From assembly GCA_002269645.1 (NCBI GenBank), contig NIVC01000093.1, positions 558,001-622,000 of the forward strand: a DNA stretch of 64,000 nt, written 5' to 3'. Origin of the DNA: Macrostomum lignano. Lineage: Eukaryota. Of this stretch, positions 50,801 through 62,189 are shown piece after piece; position 1 is the stretch's first letter; each line of letters begins with the position of its first letter. The notes beneath the pieces are model-generated. The model did not search any database, was not told the DNA's origin, and saw only the letters and a list, made by a program, of their open reading frames with translations. The position numbers were made by a program, and so were the translations under genes.

Positions 50801-53469
50801 TAAATGACTACTGCTGACTAGTTGACGCATCTGGATGGTGTGATAAAAACTAGTAACGTACCGTGATTTCGAGAGAAATCCTAGCACAATACTGTTCTGT
50901 CCGGCATGTGGAAAAGTATTTGCCCCGCCTTCGCTTACTCATACTGCACACAGACAAAGCTTATCTCTATTAGCAATCTGTTCGTGGTGGTTTAGAAGGA
51001 TACTGTCTTCCTGTATATAGCTCTCTATCCCTTCATCACTCGTAATAACTTCATAAATGCTCGCTTGACCAATGGCTGGTACTGAACTAATAATTCATAC
51101 GATACATAATGGTTAATACTTTCTAACTCCGTACAGCTCACAAGTTTCTACTCTCTACCTTATCAGTAACATTAAAATAGAAAGGTAAAATTTGCTGGTT
51201 TTGTGCCTTGTTTGCTTACTTTTCTATTAAAATACTTGCGGTTTATAATTGAAAATGTCTGCTTTTTATTCAATTTTATGTGGTTTGAAGGTTTATTTTT
51301 GCTAAAATGCCTGGTTTCTTATAAAAATTTCTACTCTCGACAATGATTGTGTCAGCTATTTCATTAAAATAACCTACTTTTTGAATAAAACGTTGTATTT
51401 AAGCCCCTAGTTTTTTCAAAACATAATGGAAACCCTCACAACGCCCTTGGAACCTCCTCAAGCAGCTTACATAGAGCATGCAGACCCCGAAACCCCCTCT
51501 AGTGTGCCCTGATTTCAGCGGTCTGACGGTTAAGATCTGTATTTTTACACTATATTTTCCTTCATACAGCAATACAGGAGGGTTTGGGAGAGTGAGTCTG
51601 GCGGGAGAGGGGCTTGTGGGGTGATGAGGATGCGTACACACAGTTTAGCCTGTTTTAGCCTACCTTTTGGGCTAATATACTTACTATTATTACTACCATT
51701 ATACCTACTATGTACATACTATTATACTACCCGTTATTAAATATGCTGCACTAAAACCAACTTTTGAAAATACATAGCGTGTTTTGGTCGATTCTCCCTC
51801 ACGTCTCTGTCCCTACACGTGCTCTGCCCGCTTTGGTCTCTGTTTGTGTACCTCTCTGTAACGTCTCTGTACGCTCAGACTGGTTTCTCCGTCCCCGCAC
51901 GCGCCTCTACTAAAGTTTGCTGTTACCTACCCCTACACACTGCTCTCTGTCTCCCTCCGCGCACACCTCACTGCCCTTGCATGTAACTTGCATGCCTTGC
52001 GTGCCCTGTCCTGCCCTCGCGTGGGTCCCTGCCTATACATAGCTACCGGACCCTACCTCTCTCTGTGCCTTGCTCGCAACTCTGTCCCAGGCCCCCCTTC
52101 ATACTTCTCTGTCCCGGGCTGCAACTGCCTGACACGCGCCTCTCTGTTCCCCAGCCTGCGTGGCTGCCTACCCCTGCACACTGCTCTCTGTCCCCCTCCG
52201 CGCCTCTCTATCATCCTATTCCTGCAGCTGACCGTGCCGTTCAGCTCTGTCCACGCACGGCTCCACCCCTGCCCGTGTCTCACTGTACCGCCCTGTGTGG
52301 CTCCCTTACCCAGCGCGTTTGCTTCCTATCTCCCTCCTGCTCCATATGTTTCTGTTCCCTCACACTACGCACGCGTGGCTGGCTCTCTGTCCATACACAT
52401 CTCTGCTCCTCCACTCTATCCTCGCGTGGCCCCTTGACGGTTCGCATGCCCCTGCATACCCTGCCTGCCTCTCTGTCCCCTGCAACTGGGGAGGGAGCTC
52501 TCTATCCTCTGTATGGCTTTCTCTGTGGGGTGTGTGTGACTCACACTGCCTCTCTGTCCTAGCATGCGCCTCTCTGTCCACGCCGCGTGCTGCGACATGC
52601 CGGGGCTGCGCAGGGTGCCTCCACGCACTCTCTGTCCCAGCACCCCGTGTCTCTCTGTACCCCGCCTCATACTGCTACAGGGGGCCGCCTGTTATCTGTC
52701 CCCTGCTACAGGGGGATGGCGGCTCTCCACGCACTACCCCTCCTGCTACAGGGGCTGCTCTCTGTCCCCAGCTACAGGGCTGCTCTCTGTCCCCCGCATG
52801 GGGGGTTGGTTGCTCAGTGTACAGGGCTGCGTCAGCATCGGGGTTAAAACTTCTCGCTCCCTATACCCCCAAACCGTGTAGTGGCCTAGTATGGGCGCGA
52901 CCTGGGTTCGATTTCGCTAGTTGAGATGTGGGTGAGAGAGGGGAAGAGGCTAGGTGGGGGCAGGGCGTGAGGTATAGGGTGCCTGCGGGGTACGTATCGT
53001 TGACTACATATCGGGAGAGTGGTAGAGTGTACATATCGGGAGAGTGTACACTCGGGGTGCCTGCGGCTCGGTAGAGTGTACACTCGGGGTGCCTGCGGCT
53101 CGGTAGAGTGTACACTCGGGGTGCCTGCGGCATGGGCGTCTGCGGCATGGGCGTCTGCGGCATGGGCGCCTACGGCTCGGGAGGGTGCGCCTGCGGCTCG
53201 GAGGGTGTACATATCGGGGTACATGTCGGTAGGGTGAGCATACATATCGGTAGGTGCGCCTGCGGCTGGGGAGGGTCGCCGGTGGCTCGGGAGGGTCGCC
53301 TGCGGCTGGACGGCGCTTGGCGCCACGCGCCTGCGGCGCGCGCGCGCCGAGCGCCGATATCGATACGGGTATCGATCACCTAGTGATCGGGGCGCCAGCC
53401 AATGAGAGGCGAGGAGGGTTGACACCCACCCCACCTCCAAAATCAACACTTACGGAATCCCTTAGTAGT
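44814..53469. mobile_element. 8,656-bp foldback element: 4.2-kb inverted arms, 300-bp spacer, 6-bp TSD, no recognisable ORF
   Basis: Arms 44814-48999 and 49300-53469 are reverse complements. Termini are ACTACTAAGGGATTCCG / CGGAATCCCTTAGTAGT. GATATA lies directly on both sides (44808-44813, 53470-53475). Confidence 0.9.
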
Positions 53470-53650
53470 GATATACCAATCCCAAATATCCCAATCCCAA
53501 ATATCCCAATCCCAAATATCCCAATCCCAAATATCCCAATCCCAAATATCCCAATCCCAAATATCCCAATCCCAAATATCCCAATCCCAAATATCCCAAT
53601 CCCAAATATCCCAATCCCAAATATCCCAATCCCAAATATCCCAATCTCAA
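53470..53650. repeat. 15-bp minisatellite variant (CCCAAATATCCCAAT), right segment
   Basis: Homogeneous variant of the host array. Confidence 0.9.
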
Positions 53651-53747
53651 TTATTCCAATCGCAAAAACCAAATCAACTGACATCGAATCGCCGAACTTT
53701 TTTAACAGCCCAATTCTAACCTGGAATTCTTACCTAGAATCCCAATT

Positions 53748-53973
53748 TCAAACACCCCTTATCCAACTATCAGAAATATCCTCATTTCGAATAGCTAAAG
53801 TACTGAAGAAGCTCACGAATCGAAGCCGGTTTTTGCAGGCCCAATACAGCAGCAGCAGCAGCAACGCAGCCAGCAAAGAGATCCCCAATGTAGCGATTGC
53901 GTTAATTGCAACTGAGGGAATTTCAGCGAGTAGCTTCTCCAACTGCCTTTGTGTTAAAAATTTGGTCCGTTGT
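53748..53973 (-). CDS. GNPTAB: GNPTAB exon with C-terminal transmembrane helix (may end at 53817 if spliced)
   Basis: QRTKFLTQRQLEKLLAEIPSVAINAIATLGISLLAALLLLLLYWACKNRLRF; acceptor TTTGCAG is in phase. Confidence 0.75.
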
Positions 53974-54059
53974 CTGCAAAATTATGGGAGTAACGAACGA
54001 TTTATGACTAATTAAATCTTAAAATGAACTATCGAAAAAATGTATTGTCATTTTCTCAC

Positions 54060-54221
54060 TGGTGCACAGCTGGTTCTATCGAAGTTGCCTCGTAGTTGCT
54101 AAGCAGCTCGAATTCGCTCGGCACCGGAAAGTACGAAGACAAAAACTTGTGAAGCAGCCGCTGCACTGAAGCTGAGCCCGGGTCCGAGTAGTTCATGTCG
54201 TCATTGAGGCAGAGGAATTTT
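54060..54221 (-). CDS. GNPTAB: GNPTAB exon, Stealth CR4
   Basis: (R)KFLCLNDDMNYSDPG...SYFPVPSEFEL, compared with human RKFVCLNDN...FPIPSQFEL. Confidence 0.9.
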
Positions 54222-54274
54222 CTGGGAGGGGATTGTTCGGTGACTGCGGCTGCTCAGGGATAGGAAAAGTGCGG

Positions 54275-55050
<776 letters not shown>

Positions 55051-55068
55051 ACAATTATCCAAGCAAAC

Positions 55069-55268
55069 CTTGGGCTGTGAATCACTTCCTGCAAGTGGCT
55101 ATTCGTAGACTCGAAGCTGGCTGTGAGCATCTTGAACCAAACCGAGCTGTCGTCCTCCAGTTGATAGCTGAAAATTGGCTGCTTTTTTGTGGCATTTTCG
55201 GCCACTTGCTGAAGCCACGGACAGCTCGAGAGCTTGTTGAGCGGTTTGGACTTCCACTGGAGCGGCTC
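55069..55268 (-). CDS. GNPTAB: GNPTAB exon
   Basis: EPLQWKSKP...SSVWFKMLTASFESTNSHLQEVIHSP(R); phases fit both neighbours. Confidence 0.82.
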
Positions 55269-55309
55269 CTGAGTTTAGAGTGAATAGGAGAGTGAGTAAT
55301 TTAATAAGT

Positions 55310-55818
55310 AAATGAGTGAGTCAGTGAGTGAGTGAGTGAGTGAGTGAGTGAGTGAGTCAGTGAGTGAGTGAGTGAGTGTGTGAGTGAGTGAGTGAGTGAG
55401 TGAGTAACTGAGTGAGTGAGTGAGTGAGTGAGTGAGTGAGTGAGTGAGTGAGTGACTGAGTGACTGAGGGGGTGAGTGAGTGAGTGAGTGACTGAGTGAC
55501 TGAGTGACTGAGGGGGTGAGTGAGTGAGTGAGTGACTGAGTGACTGAGTGACTGAGTGAGTGACTGACTGACTGAGTGACTGAGTGAGTGACTGACTGAC
55601 TGACTGACTGACTGACTGAGTGACTGAGTGACTGAGTGACTGAGTGACTGACTGACTGAGTGACTGAGTGACTGAGTGAGTGACTGACTGACTGACTGAG
55701 TGACTGAGTGACTGAGTGACTGAGTGACTGAGTGACTGACTGACTGAGTGACTGAGTGACTGAGTGACTGACTGACTGAGTGACTGAGTGACTGAGTGAC
55801 TGAGTGACTGAGTGACTC
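55310..55818. repeat. (GTGA)n/(GACT)n compound microsatellite intron
   Basis: Direct observation. Confidence 0.95.
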
Positions 55819-55834
55819 AGCAAAATCACCGCAC

Positions 55835-55918
55835 CGTATCGTTAACAGCGTCACTCGAGTTGGTGCTGATGTTGTACACGCACAGTGACAGGTACCGTTG
55901 TACGGAAGCATTCATGGA
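55835..55918 (-). CDS. GNPTAB: GNPTAB exon (84 nt)
   Basis: SMNASVQRYLSLCVYNISTNSSDAVNDT; AG/GT boundaries, phase 0-0. Confidence 0.65.
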
Positions 55919-56005
55919 CTAAAATGCAACGCATTTTCAAGTACAAAATAATTAAGGATTCAAATTACATGTACACAGTCTAATAATTCACTAGCATCAA
56001 CTCAC

Positions 56006-56075
56006 ATCCTCAGGCACTGGAGTCTGCTTGGCAACTTTAACCATAGCGAAACGGTACTCAAATTCATCGAGCAGA
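56006..56075 (-). CDS. GNPTAB: GNPTAB exon (EF-hand, second half)
   Basis: (G)LLDEFEYRFAMVKVAKQTPVPED; donor GTGAGT. Confidence 0.75.
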
Positions 56076-56166
56076 CTAAAATATGTTGATGAAGTGCATC
56101 ATGAACTGAATACAATCAACTTATGAAGTTTGAAAAATAAAATTTATGAGACTTCAAATTAGTCAC

Positions 56167-56319
56167 CCGTTTCCATTGCGATCCAGTTCACGCAGAGCAT
56201 AACTGAGGCTTCTGTTTTTCAGCTGGTGCAGCAAAAATGAATAGTAAGCAAACGAGTATTGCATATCGTCTTTGGAGCGGAACCTGTGACCGCTAGTGGC
56301 TGAGTACTGGCTTGCAAAT
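56167..56319 (-). CDS. GNPTAB: GNPTAB exon (end of CR3, start of EF-hand)
   Basis: FASQYSATSGHRFRSKDDMQYSFAYYSFL...ELDRNGNG, compared with human [22 protein letters not shown]...EVDTDQSG. Confidence 0.88.
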
Positions 56320-56402
56320 CTGATGAGGTGGCGCAGATGTAAGCTGTCTTTAACCTAGTGTCGATTTGAAGACCAATTCACTGCTCTCCTCTTCGCCCTT
56401 TC

Positions 56403-56578
56403 TCCACACCTCTTCCCCACACCTCTTCCCCACACCTCTTCCCCACACCTCTTCCCCACACCTCTTCCCCACACCTCTTCTCCACACCTCTACCCCACAC
56501 CTCTACCCCACACCTCTACCCCACACCTCTACCCCACACCTCTACCCCACACCTCTACCCCACACCTCTACCCCACAC
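56403..56578. repeat. 13-bp intronic minisatellite (CCCCACACCTCTW)
   Basis: Direct observation. Confidence 0.9.
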
Positions 56579-56596
56579 AATCTTCAAGCGCCCCAC

Positions 56597-56951
56597 CTGT
56601 CCTGCAGCTGTTGCATGGCCTCACTGTTAATGAAGTGCGGCATGTGCGGCGGCACCTTCCTGACTGAATAGCCAAAGACTCCGCTTAAGACCTTATTGGT
56701 GAACTTCAACGACTTATCGAACATGTTAATTTCGCCGGAGCTGGCATCCGCCGACTGCGACAGCTGCAACGGCGGCTGCGGCTGCGTGGGATGGTCAGCC
56801 AATGATGTAGGAGGCTGAGTAGTGGTTTGAAACCAACCGGATGCTGCTGACGAACTTTGAAATGAGGGCAGAACTGCAACCAGCTGATTGAGTCGGCCCA
56901 GGTGTTCGGCTGTCTGGTTGTCTGTGCTGCTGATTGGCTGGCTTGCGTTCA
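56597..56951 (-). CDS. GNPTAB: GNPTAB exon, Stealth CR3
   Basis: FDKSLKFTNKVLSGVFGYSVRKVPPHMPHFINSEAMQQLQD. Confidence 0.9.
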
Positions 56952-57021
56952 CTGCAGTTAAGGGAGAGCGCACTGTGTTTTTGGAGCAATTGACTCTCGC
57001 GTTGTATCAGGATAGTCAACA

Positions 57022-57822
57022 TTGGGTGTCAGGTAGGTTCAGATTGGGTGTCAGGTAGGTTCAGATTGGGTGTCAGGTAGGTTTAGATTGGGTGTCAGGT
57101 AGGTTCAGATTGGGTGTCAGGTAGGTTCAGATTGGGTGTCAAGGAGGTCTAGATTGAGTGTCATGTAGGTTCATATTGGGTGTCATGGAGGTCTAGATTG
57201 AGTGTCAGGTAGGTTAAGATTGAGTGTCAAGGAGGTCTAGATTGAGTGTCATGTAGGCTTAGATTGGGTGTCAGGTAGGTTCAGATTGGGTGTCAGGTAG
57301 GTTCAGATTGGGTGTCAGGTAGGTTTAGATTGGGTGTCAGGTAGGTTCAGATTGGGTGTCAGGTAGGTTCAGATTGGGTGTCAGGGAGGTCTAGATTGAG
57401 TGTCATGTAGGTTCATATTGGGTGTCATGGAGGTCTAGATTGAGTGTCAGGTAGGTTAAGATTGAGTGTCAAGGAGGTCTAGATTGAGTGTCATGTAGGC
57501 TTAGATTGGGTGTCAGGTAGGTTCAGATTGGGTGTCAGGGAGGTCTAGATTGAGTGTCAGGTAGGTTCAGATTGGGTGTCAAGGAGGTCTAGATTGAGTG
57601 TCAGTAGGTTTAGATTGGATGTCAGGGAGGTCTAGATTGGGTGTCAAGGAGGTCTAGATTAGGTGTCAGGGAGGTCTAGATTGTGTGTCAGGGAGGTCTA
57701 GATTGGGTATAAGGTAGGTTTAGATTGGGTGTCAGGGAGGTCTAGATTGGGTGTCAGGTAGGTCTAGATTGGGTGTCAGGTAGGTTCAGATTGGGTGTCA
57801 GGTAGGTTCAGATTGGGTGTCA
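57022..57822. repeat. 22-bp intronic minisatellite (GATTGGGTGTCAGGTAGGTTCA)
   Basis: Tandem array with a duplicated ~260-bp block. Confidence 0.93.
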
Positions 57823-57847
57823 GGGATATTAAGTGAATGCAGCGCAC

Positions 57848-58294
57848 ACTCCGTGAAGACTTCGGCCAGCAGCTCCATCAAGTTGCTGATTTCAGCTTCC
57901 GGCATCAGCTTCGGGAACGCAGCGGAGGCCTCGTCGCTGTCACTGTCGGTGACATTGTTCGCTGAAGAGTCGTCCTTAACCTGCAGCGGTTGCGTAATCA
58001 AACCGCTAAAGTGCACCTGCACCGAACAGGCCTGACGGCCGGTCGGCCGCAGCTGAAGCCGCGCCATTTTAGCGCCGGCACCAACAACCGCAGCCAGGTG
58101 AAGAGTGCGCCAACGGTAATAGAAATTTGCCGACCGAATAGTTGCCGAGGAACCGGAGGCGCCGGCGGAGGCTGAAGCCACTTCGTAGCTGCCAGACATT
58201 TGATTGATGGAGCCCGGCCACAGGCTGCTGAGGTTGAGCGCCAGGTAACTCTGACCGGCTGGTACCGTCAGGTTGGCTGAGCCTGACTGACACC
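57848..58294 (-). CDS. GNPTAB: GNPTAB exon, post-LNR spacer (acceptor may be 58282 or nearby)
   Basis: LTVPAGQSYLAL...TIRSANFYYRWRTLHL, compared with human YIIPKGECLPYF...IIRHASIANKWKTIHL. Confidence 0.75.
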
Positions 58295-58338
58295 CTGACA
58301 GGGTTTGGGTGGCTTTTTGATTAGCTTTGATCAGGAGA

Positions 58339-58700
58339 CAGGGGTCGGCAAACTCCGGGCCGCGGGCCTCATGCGGCCCGTAAAGCCTTTCTGTCCGGCC
58401 CTGGAGCCTTTGAAACTGCACAATCTCTTCTCTTCTCTTCTCCTCTCCTCTCCTCTCCTCTCCTCTCCTCTCCTCTCCTTTCGTCTCTTCTCCTTTCCTC
58501 TTCTCTCTCTTCTCTTTTCCCTGCACTCTTCTTCTTTAATCACTCCTCTTCTCCTGTCTCCTTTCTTCTCCTTTATTCCCTCGTCTCTCCGTTCTCCTAT
58601 CTCCCTTCTCTCTATCATATTCTCTTCTCCGGCCCGCAGTCATGCTCCAGCTTCTCTTTCACAGAGAATGTTACAGATAATAGCGGATGAAGCTGGCAAA
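58339..58700 (+). mobile_element. Truncated hAT/Charlie-like MITE with CT-rich interior
   Basis: CAGGGGTCGGCAAACTCCGGGCCGCGGGCC end followed by a polypyrimidine tract; no clear second TIR. Confidence 0.55.
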
Positions 58701-58959
58701 AAAAGAAACTATGGCAGGAACTCTATCAAAATACTCAATAATATTCAATCAATCAATCAATCATTAATGAGTAGATAATGCTCAACTAAATTGAGCTTTG
58801 GTAAACTAAATTAAATTTAAATTTTCGCCAAAAATAACACTGTTAAACGATCGTTTAGCACTTTATAAACTCTAACTTTAAATACCCCAAAGTCATTGTT
58901 AAGTTTAAAACTGTTTAATAATTGAGGTAAGGTAGCACGCTTTAGCAGGCTAAAGGCTA

Positions 58960-59252
58960 AAGCGTTCTCTTGTTCTGTTGACCAGAACATTACCTATATA
59001 GGTAAAACTAAAAAGCACCTGTACACCAGAGTCAGAGAGCATTGGTTGAAAAGGTCGGCTATCCAAGACCACCTGCTTTGTTGCAACAGTTGTTGCGAAA
59101 TTGAGCAAACTCAGCAGTTTAAAATTATTGATCGGTGTAGAACTGATTTTAGGCTCAACATACTTGAATCCATGTACATTAAAGACCAAAAACCTAATCT
59201 GAATATTCAGCTCTCCCATAGTGGTGCGGGCCATTTGCTCAAGGTATTCTAA
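58960..59252 (+). pseudogene. Penelope-like element fragment: GIY-YIG endonuclease C-terminus
   Basis: FSCSVDQNITYIGKTKKHLYTRVREH...SAIQDHL...LNILESMYIKDQKPNLN; the RT is absent (5'-truncated). Confidence 0.85.
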
Positions 59253-59391
59253 GTAAAGGCACAAGTCTGAACAATGTACTTGCAATCTATGCTTAACATT
59301 TTTTGGAAAATTCTGCCCATGACATGCCCTTTGGACTGTACAGTTAACATTTGTTCACTTATAAAGTTGTTGTGTGAGTTAAAAATACACC

Positions 59392-59434
59392 AGACCCTGA
59401 AGATGGCCATTGTTGGTCCGAAACACGTCGGTAG
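59392..59434 (+). ncRNA. Minimal type I hammerhead ribozyme of the Penelope-like element
   Basis: ACC-CTGAAGA-T-GGCC(attgtt)GGTC-C-GAAAC-AC-GTC-GGT: core boxes CUGANGA and GAAA, stem II, GUC cleavage triplet and a short stem I. Confidence 0.75.
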
Positions 59435-59565
59435 AAAGAATTAATTATAATCTATGTTGATTTTAACTTTTGTGTTTAGTAATTGTTCAACACCGTGTCA
59501 TTTTTGGCGCGAATTTGAAATGAATTTTGTTTAACCAACTCTTGAACTGTGGCGGCGGGCCTCAC

Positions 59566-59876
59566 ACATAGTGTCATTATCTCCGCTATGAGCAGCAGGC
59601 GTGAGCACAGTCAGCTGCTCAATGCCGCAGTCGCCAGAGTCGTGTCCGCACTCCGGCCTGTCGCAGACTCGGTCGCAGAATCCGTCAGCCAGCCAGCCAT
59701 TCAGGCAGCCGGGCGCGCACAGATCGGCGCTGCCGGCGCCTGCAAGTCGGAGCTGACCGGCCGCGGCGAGGTTGGCGAGGTTCGGCATCAGCCAGCGGCC
59801 GACGGGAAGCTGGGCGTTCAAGCAGTCTCCGCCGTCGAAGTCGCAATGGCTGTTGTTGCAGGGCAGATCGCAGGAG
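59566..59876 (-). CDS. GNPTAB: GNPTAB exon, LNR (Notch) repeats 1-2
   Basis: CDLPCNNSHCDFDGGDC and CAPGCLNGWLADGFCDRVCDRPECGHDSGDC. Confidence 0.9.
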
Positions 59877-59959
59877 CTGGAGTTTGCGGCAAAATGGGAA
59901 AGAATAGGATAGAACAAATGATAAGCAGACAAGTGAAAAAAGATATAGAGATAGATATA

Positions 59960-61620
59960 AAGCTGGATAAAAAGAAGATAAGTAGAAGATTAGTAGATAG
60001 AAGAGTAGACAGATGAGTTGGTAGAATAGTAGACAGATAAGTAGATAGATGAGTAGATGGATGAGTAGATAGATGAGTAGATAGATGGGTAGAGAGATAA
60101 GTAGATAGTTGAATAGATAGATGAGTAGATAGATGAGTAGACAGATGACTAAATATTTAAGTAGCTAGATTAGTAGACAGATGAGTAGATAGATGAGTAG
60201 ACAGGTGAGTAGACAGATGAGTAGACAGATTAGTAGATAGATGAGTAGACAGATGAGTAGATAGATGAGTAGATAGATGAGTAGACAGATAAGTAGACAG
60301 ATGAGTAGATATTTGAGTAGCTAGATTAGTAGACGATGAGTAGACAGATAAGTAGGCACAAGATGTGTAGACAGATAAGTAGAGAGTTAAGTAGACAGAT
60401 GGGTAGATAGATGAGTAGATAGACGAGTAGATAGATGAGTAGATGGATAAGTAGATAGATGAGTAGATAAATGAGTAGACAGATGAATAGACAGATGAGT
60501 AGATAGATGACTAGATATTTGAGTAGCTAGATTCGTAGACAGATGAGTAGACAGATAAGTAGATAGATGAGTAGATAGATGAGTAGATAGATGAGTAGAT
60601 AGATGAGTAGATAGATGAGTAGATAGATGGGTAGACAGATAAGTAGAAAGTTGAATAGATAGATGAGTAGATAGATGGGTAGACAGATAAGTAAATATTT
60701 GAGTAACTAGATTAGTAGACGATGAGTAGACAGATAAGTAGGCACAAGATGTGTAGACAGATAAGTAGATAGTTAAGTAGACAGATGAGTAGATAGATGA
60801 GTAGACAGATGAGTAGATAGATGAGTAGATAGATGAGTAGATAGATGAGTAAACAGATGAGTAGATAGATGAGTAGACAGATGAGTAGACAGATAAGTAG
60901 ACAGATGTGTAGACAGATAAGTAGATAGTTAAGTAGACAGATGGGTAGATAGATGAGTAGACAGATGAGTAGATAGATGAGTAGACAGATGAGTAGATAG
61001 ATGAGTAAACAGATGAGTAGATAGATGAGTAGACAGATGAGTAGATAGATGAGTAAATATTTGAGTAGCTAGATTAGTAGACAGATGAGTAGACAGATAA
61101 GTAGACAGTTGTGTAGACAGATAAGTAGATAGTTAAGAAGACAGATGGGTAGATAGATTAGTAGACAGATGAGTAGGTAGATGAGTAGATAGATGAGTAG
61201 CAGATGAGTAGATAGATGAGTAGATAGATGAGTAGACAGATGAGTAGATAGATTAGTAGACAGATAAGTAGACAGATGAGTAGATAGTTGAGTAGATAGA
61301 TGAGTAGATAGATGAGTAGATAGATGAGTAGATATTTGAGTAGCTAGATTAGTAGACAGATGAGTAGACAGATAAGTAGACAGTTGTGTAGACAGATAAG
61401 TAGATAGTTAAGTAGACAGATGGGTAGATAGATTAGTAGACAGATGAGTAGGTAGATGAGTAGATAGATGAGTAGCAGATGAGTAGATAGATGAGTAGAT
61501 AGATGAGTAGACAGATGAGTAGATAGATGAGTAGACAGATAAGTAGACAGATGAGTAGAAAGATAAGTAGATGAGAAGACAGGTGAGTAGACAGGTGAGT
61601 AGACAGGTAAGTAGACAGAA
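59960..61620. repeat. 12-bp intronic minisatellite (GATGAGTAGAYA)
   Basis: Tandem array with duplicated marker blocks. Confidence 0.95.
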
Positions 61621-61659
61621 GTAAACCAGATTAAACACACAAACAAAGCCAGCAGCTAC

Positions 61660-61895
61660 CTGTCGGCCACCCAGGCGTGCGGGCAGCCGGCCGCACAGTT
61701 GGGGACCTCCCAGCTCTGGTAGATCCGGTAGCCGCTAGCCGGGCAATAAAAGTCGTGCGGATGCACTGGCTTGGTCAAAAAGACGTCGTCGTTAAAATAC
61801 AGAAAATGATCTGACAGACCCGGAATCCGGTGCAGGTGGGTCTCAATGGCTGGCGCGTTGAAGGTCGGCAGATGCGACTTGTTTGGAAAGATTTC
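61660..61895 (-). CDS. GNPTAB: GNPTAB exon, end of Stealth CR2
   Basis: [40 protein letters not shown]...[11 protein letters not shown]. Confidence 0.95.
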
Positions 61896-62009
61896 CTTAA
61901 CAGAATTTTATAGACGGTTTAATAAATTCTTAATATTTCTACTCACAAGTAGTGCGATGCGAACTATACTGTATGCAACAAGAATAGAAAAAAAACGATT
62001 TTAAATTAC

Positions 62010-62141
62010 CTCGTGAGTAATCAGAGTGAGCCGTGGATTAGTCAGATTAAGCCAGTTTGGCACCTGGCCATTAGTAACCAGGTAAACTTTTCGTATCCAG
62101 GGAGCGAATTTTGTCAGCGATCGAAGCGAATACTTCAACTC
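62010..62141 (-). CDS. GNPTAB: GNPTAB exon, Stealth CR2
   Basis: [44 protein letters not shown]. Confidence 0.95.
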
Positions 62142-62189
62142 CTGTTGAACAGATGCATTGATTAACATCTTTTATGGACCATTTGTAAA

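Noticed and set aside
44802-53449. Many mirrored ORFs within the foldback arms
   Set aside because: GC-rich repeat-derived frames with no recognisable domain; the indels between arms break them differently.
44814-53469. Palindrome as a long-read chimera or assembly artefact
   Set aside because: The flanks are collinear rather than inverted, there is a direct 6-bp TSD and a unique 300-bp spacer, and the arms differ by a 15-bp unit. Disfavoured, but read-level confirmation is still needed.
44813-53470. CACTA/EnSpm reading of the termini (CACTACT at the right end)
   Set aside because: It needs a mismatch at the first base of the left TIR and does not restore the array unit as well as the 6-bp GATATA model.
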